NCBI GenBank assembly: GCA_963845145.1
Contig: CAWJQU010000005.1
Location: 576,001-640,000, forward strand
Reading direction: 5' to 3'
From: an uncultured delta proteobacterium
GTDB lineage: Bacteria; Desulfobacterota; Desulfobacteria; Desulfobacterales; QNYZ01
Length of the DNA: 64,000 nucleotides
In this document: in pieces, positions 62,574 through 64,000 of the stretch
Numbering within the stretch: position 1 is the stretch's first letter
Layout of the letters: every line of letters starts with the position of its first letter
The notes under the pieces: generated by a model
The model's input: only the letters and a program-made list of their open reading frames with translations
What the model was told of the DNA's origin: nothing
Databases searched by the model: none
Made by a program: the position numbers and the translations under genes

Positions 62574-63131
62574 GTGGATCGCGATCGAACCAAGTGGAAT
62601 GACAAGTATCTTAAGCACGAACCCATCACAACACCTTCGCGAATTGTTGAGAACCATATCGGCTTGAGTCCCGTGGGACGGGCCCTCGATATTGCCGCCG
62701 GAACGGGCCGAAATGCGATCTTTCTGGCCGAACATGGTTTTTCAGTGGAAGCCGTTGATATTTCAGAGGTAGGGCTGCGACAATTGGCGGGTCGTCACCC
62801 AAACGTTTCACCCATATGTGCCGATCTCGATACTTACGAAATCCATCCCAACCGCTACAATCTTATCCTGAATATCCGCTTTTGTCATCGGCGTCTTTTT
62901 CCTCTCATCATTGAGGGACTCGCTCCAGCCGGAGTGCTGATTTTTGAAGGTTACCTGGTACAGTCCGAAAAAAAAGGGAACGGCCCGACCTGCCGGGATT
63001 ATCTCTTAAGAGAAAACGAATTGCTGCACGCGTTTTTGGACTTGAACATTATCTACTATCGTGAAAGTACCGTTCCCGGCCGCAAAAACCACAACCGGGC
63101 GGCCTCACTGGTCGCGCTTAAAAAGGGCTGA
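62574..63131 (+). CDS. Class I SAM-dependent methyltransferase (TehB-like)
   Basis: KWNDKY, ALDIAAGTGRNA.FLA, AVDIS, ADL, LAPAGVLI, LLRENELL. Confidence 0.85.
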   Translation: MDRDRTKWNDKYLKHEPITTPSRIVENHIGLSPVGRALDIAAGTGRNAIFLAEHGFSVEAVDISEVGLRQLAGRHPNVSPICADLDTYEIHPNRYNLILNIRFCHRRLFPLIIEGLAPAGVLIFEGYLVQSEKKGNGPTCRDYLLRENELLHAFLDLNIIYYRESTVPGRKNHNRAASLVALKKG

Positions 63132-63188
63132 AACCCGACCGGATTATCCAAACCGGATTAACCGGACCAATTTAGATGTTGGGCATTT

Positions 63189-63659
63189 TCAATTTTTAAA
63201 TCGACGCCGAATCGTATCAACTTCCTGGGGTGAGAGTTCATTCTGACGTTCGAGTTTTTGGCGAATTTGCTCACGTTCGGCCGGAGATAGCTTTTTCCAC
63301 TGTTCATGCCATTTTTCGTAGCGTTTACGCTCCTTGGGCGACATCTTTTGCAACTTCCGGTAGCGCTGCTGATAGCGCTGTTGTTCCTCTGGAGACATCT
63401 CGTTCCATTCGCGAGCATGCGATTTTGCTTCCGGGGGCATATTCCCAAACCCTTTTTTCTTGGCCAAAAGCCTAATGGGATTTTCCCTAAGCGGTTCCTG
63501 GTCATCCAATAACCCCAACCCGTTCAGCTTCGCGTAAACATCTGAAGATACATGAGCATTTGCCACAGGGCCGAACAGGCAAACAATTCCAACCATTACC
63601 AGGCAAGCCACAACCCGCTGCCATAGCCTGTTTTTACGCAACCGTTTTTTGACGATCAT
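63189..63659 (-). CDS. DUF3106-like exported protein with W..(M/L)SP.E repeats
   Basis: Signal peptide followed by WNEMSPEEQ, QKMSPKER, WKKLSPAER, NELSPQE. Confidence 0.7.
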   Translation of the reverse strand: MIVKKRLRKNRLWQRVVACLVMVGIVCLFGPVANAHVSSDVYAKLNGLGLLDDQEPLRENPIRLLAKKKGFGNMPPEAKSHAREWNEMSPEEQQRYQQRYRKLQKMSPKERKRYEKWHEQWKKLSPAEREQIRQKLERQNELSPQEVDTIRRRFKN

Positions 63660-64000
63660 GGCGTATTTTCCCCTGAGTGTTTTCCCAATGATTGAAGTTA
63701 GGTTGCATATATTCCGTCCGATCAACCACACGGATCAACTGTTGAAGTGTCTCCATATCTTTTAAAAGGTCTAGATTATTTAGCATGTCGGCATCGGCAG
63801 TAACGATCTGGTTGGATATTTCAACGGTGTGGGATACCGTTTGGCTGACCGAAGGCAGTAACGTCCGATAGTTTAAAACGCCGGCCACAAAAAGAACCAT
63901 ACCGAATGTGGCCAGGGCCGGAACCAACTTCAGACGATTGTCGAACAGAGATTTTCGCCACCAGCGCAAGGAAAATAGGGATGTCTGCTCCGGCTCGCTC
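63634..64000 (-). CDS. Single-TM protein, 3' part (possible ECF anti-sigma factor); open at the window end
   Basis: Frame stays open to the edge; one TM segment, then DMLNNLDLLKDMETL; lies upstream of the DUF3106-like gene. Confidence 0.5.
   Translation of the reverse strand, partial: SEPEQTSLFSLRWWRKSLFDNRLKLVPALATFGMVLFVAGVLNYRTLLPSVSQTVSHTVEISNQIVTADADMLNNLDLLKDMETLQQLIRVVDRTEYMQPNFNHWENTQGKIRHDRQKTVA

Noticed and set aside
1..64000. tRNA, rRNA, riboswitch, prophage, integrase or defence genes
   Set aside because: None was recognisable by eye; an Infernal/Rfam and tRNAscan run would be needed to exclude small RNAs.

Overview
This 64-kb window looks like the chromosome of an anaerobic deltaproteobacterium, probably Desulfobacterota-like. 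That is inferred from gene content (AOR, HdrBC-like genes, DUF6125, TIGR03960-rng, a sigma54/PEP-CTERM gene), not from a search. I found no rRNA, tRNA, CRISPR array or transposase. Main blocks: (1) typA 5' end, PilZ and HD genes. (2) A LysR-divergent ~11.4-kb catabolic operon with two COG1233 (phytoene-dehydrogenase-like) flavoproteins, a small partner protein, an SDR, an AOR, a split PEP-synthase-like pair resembling phenylphosphate synthase A/B, and three paralogous two-repeat proteins. It has no UbiD carboxylase and is the best candidate for an undescribed pathway. (3) Amino-acid catabolism: putA, kynU-kynA-kynB and a split LKR/SDH, with a MITE inserted in the last codons of kynB. (4) A GlpR-controlled glycerol operon in which GlpC is replaced by a NarI-like membrane protein with a CxxCH motif and four Fe-S motifs plus HdrB; it also has a second GlpA with an SdhB-like partner and the scar of a deleted glycerol ABC transporter. 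(5) Radical SAM-rng, a cargo-less 54-aa PEP-CTERM-like gene under a sigma54 promoter, and gnd-zwf-pgi. Many genes carry single-base indels, densest at 52-60 kb, most likely long-read consensus errors. All family calls come from motif recognition by eye.
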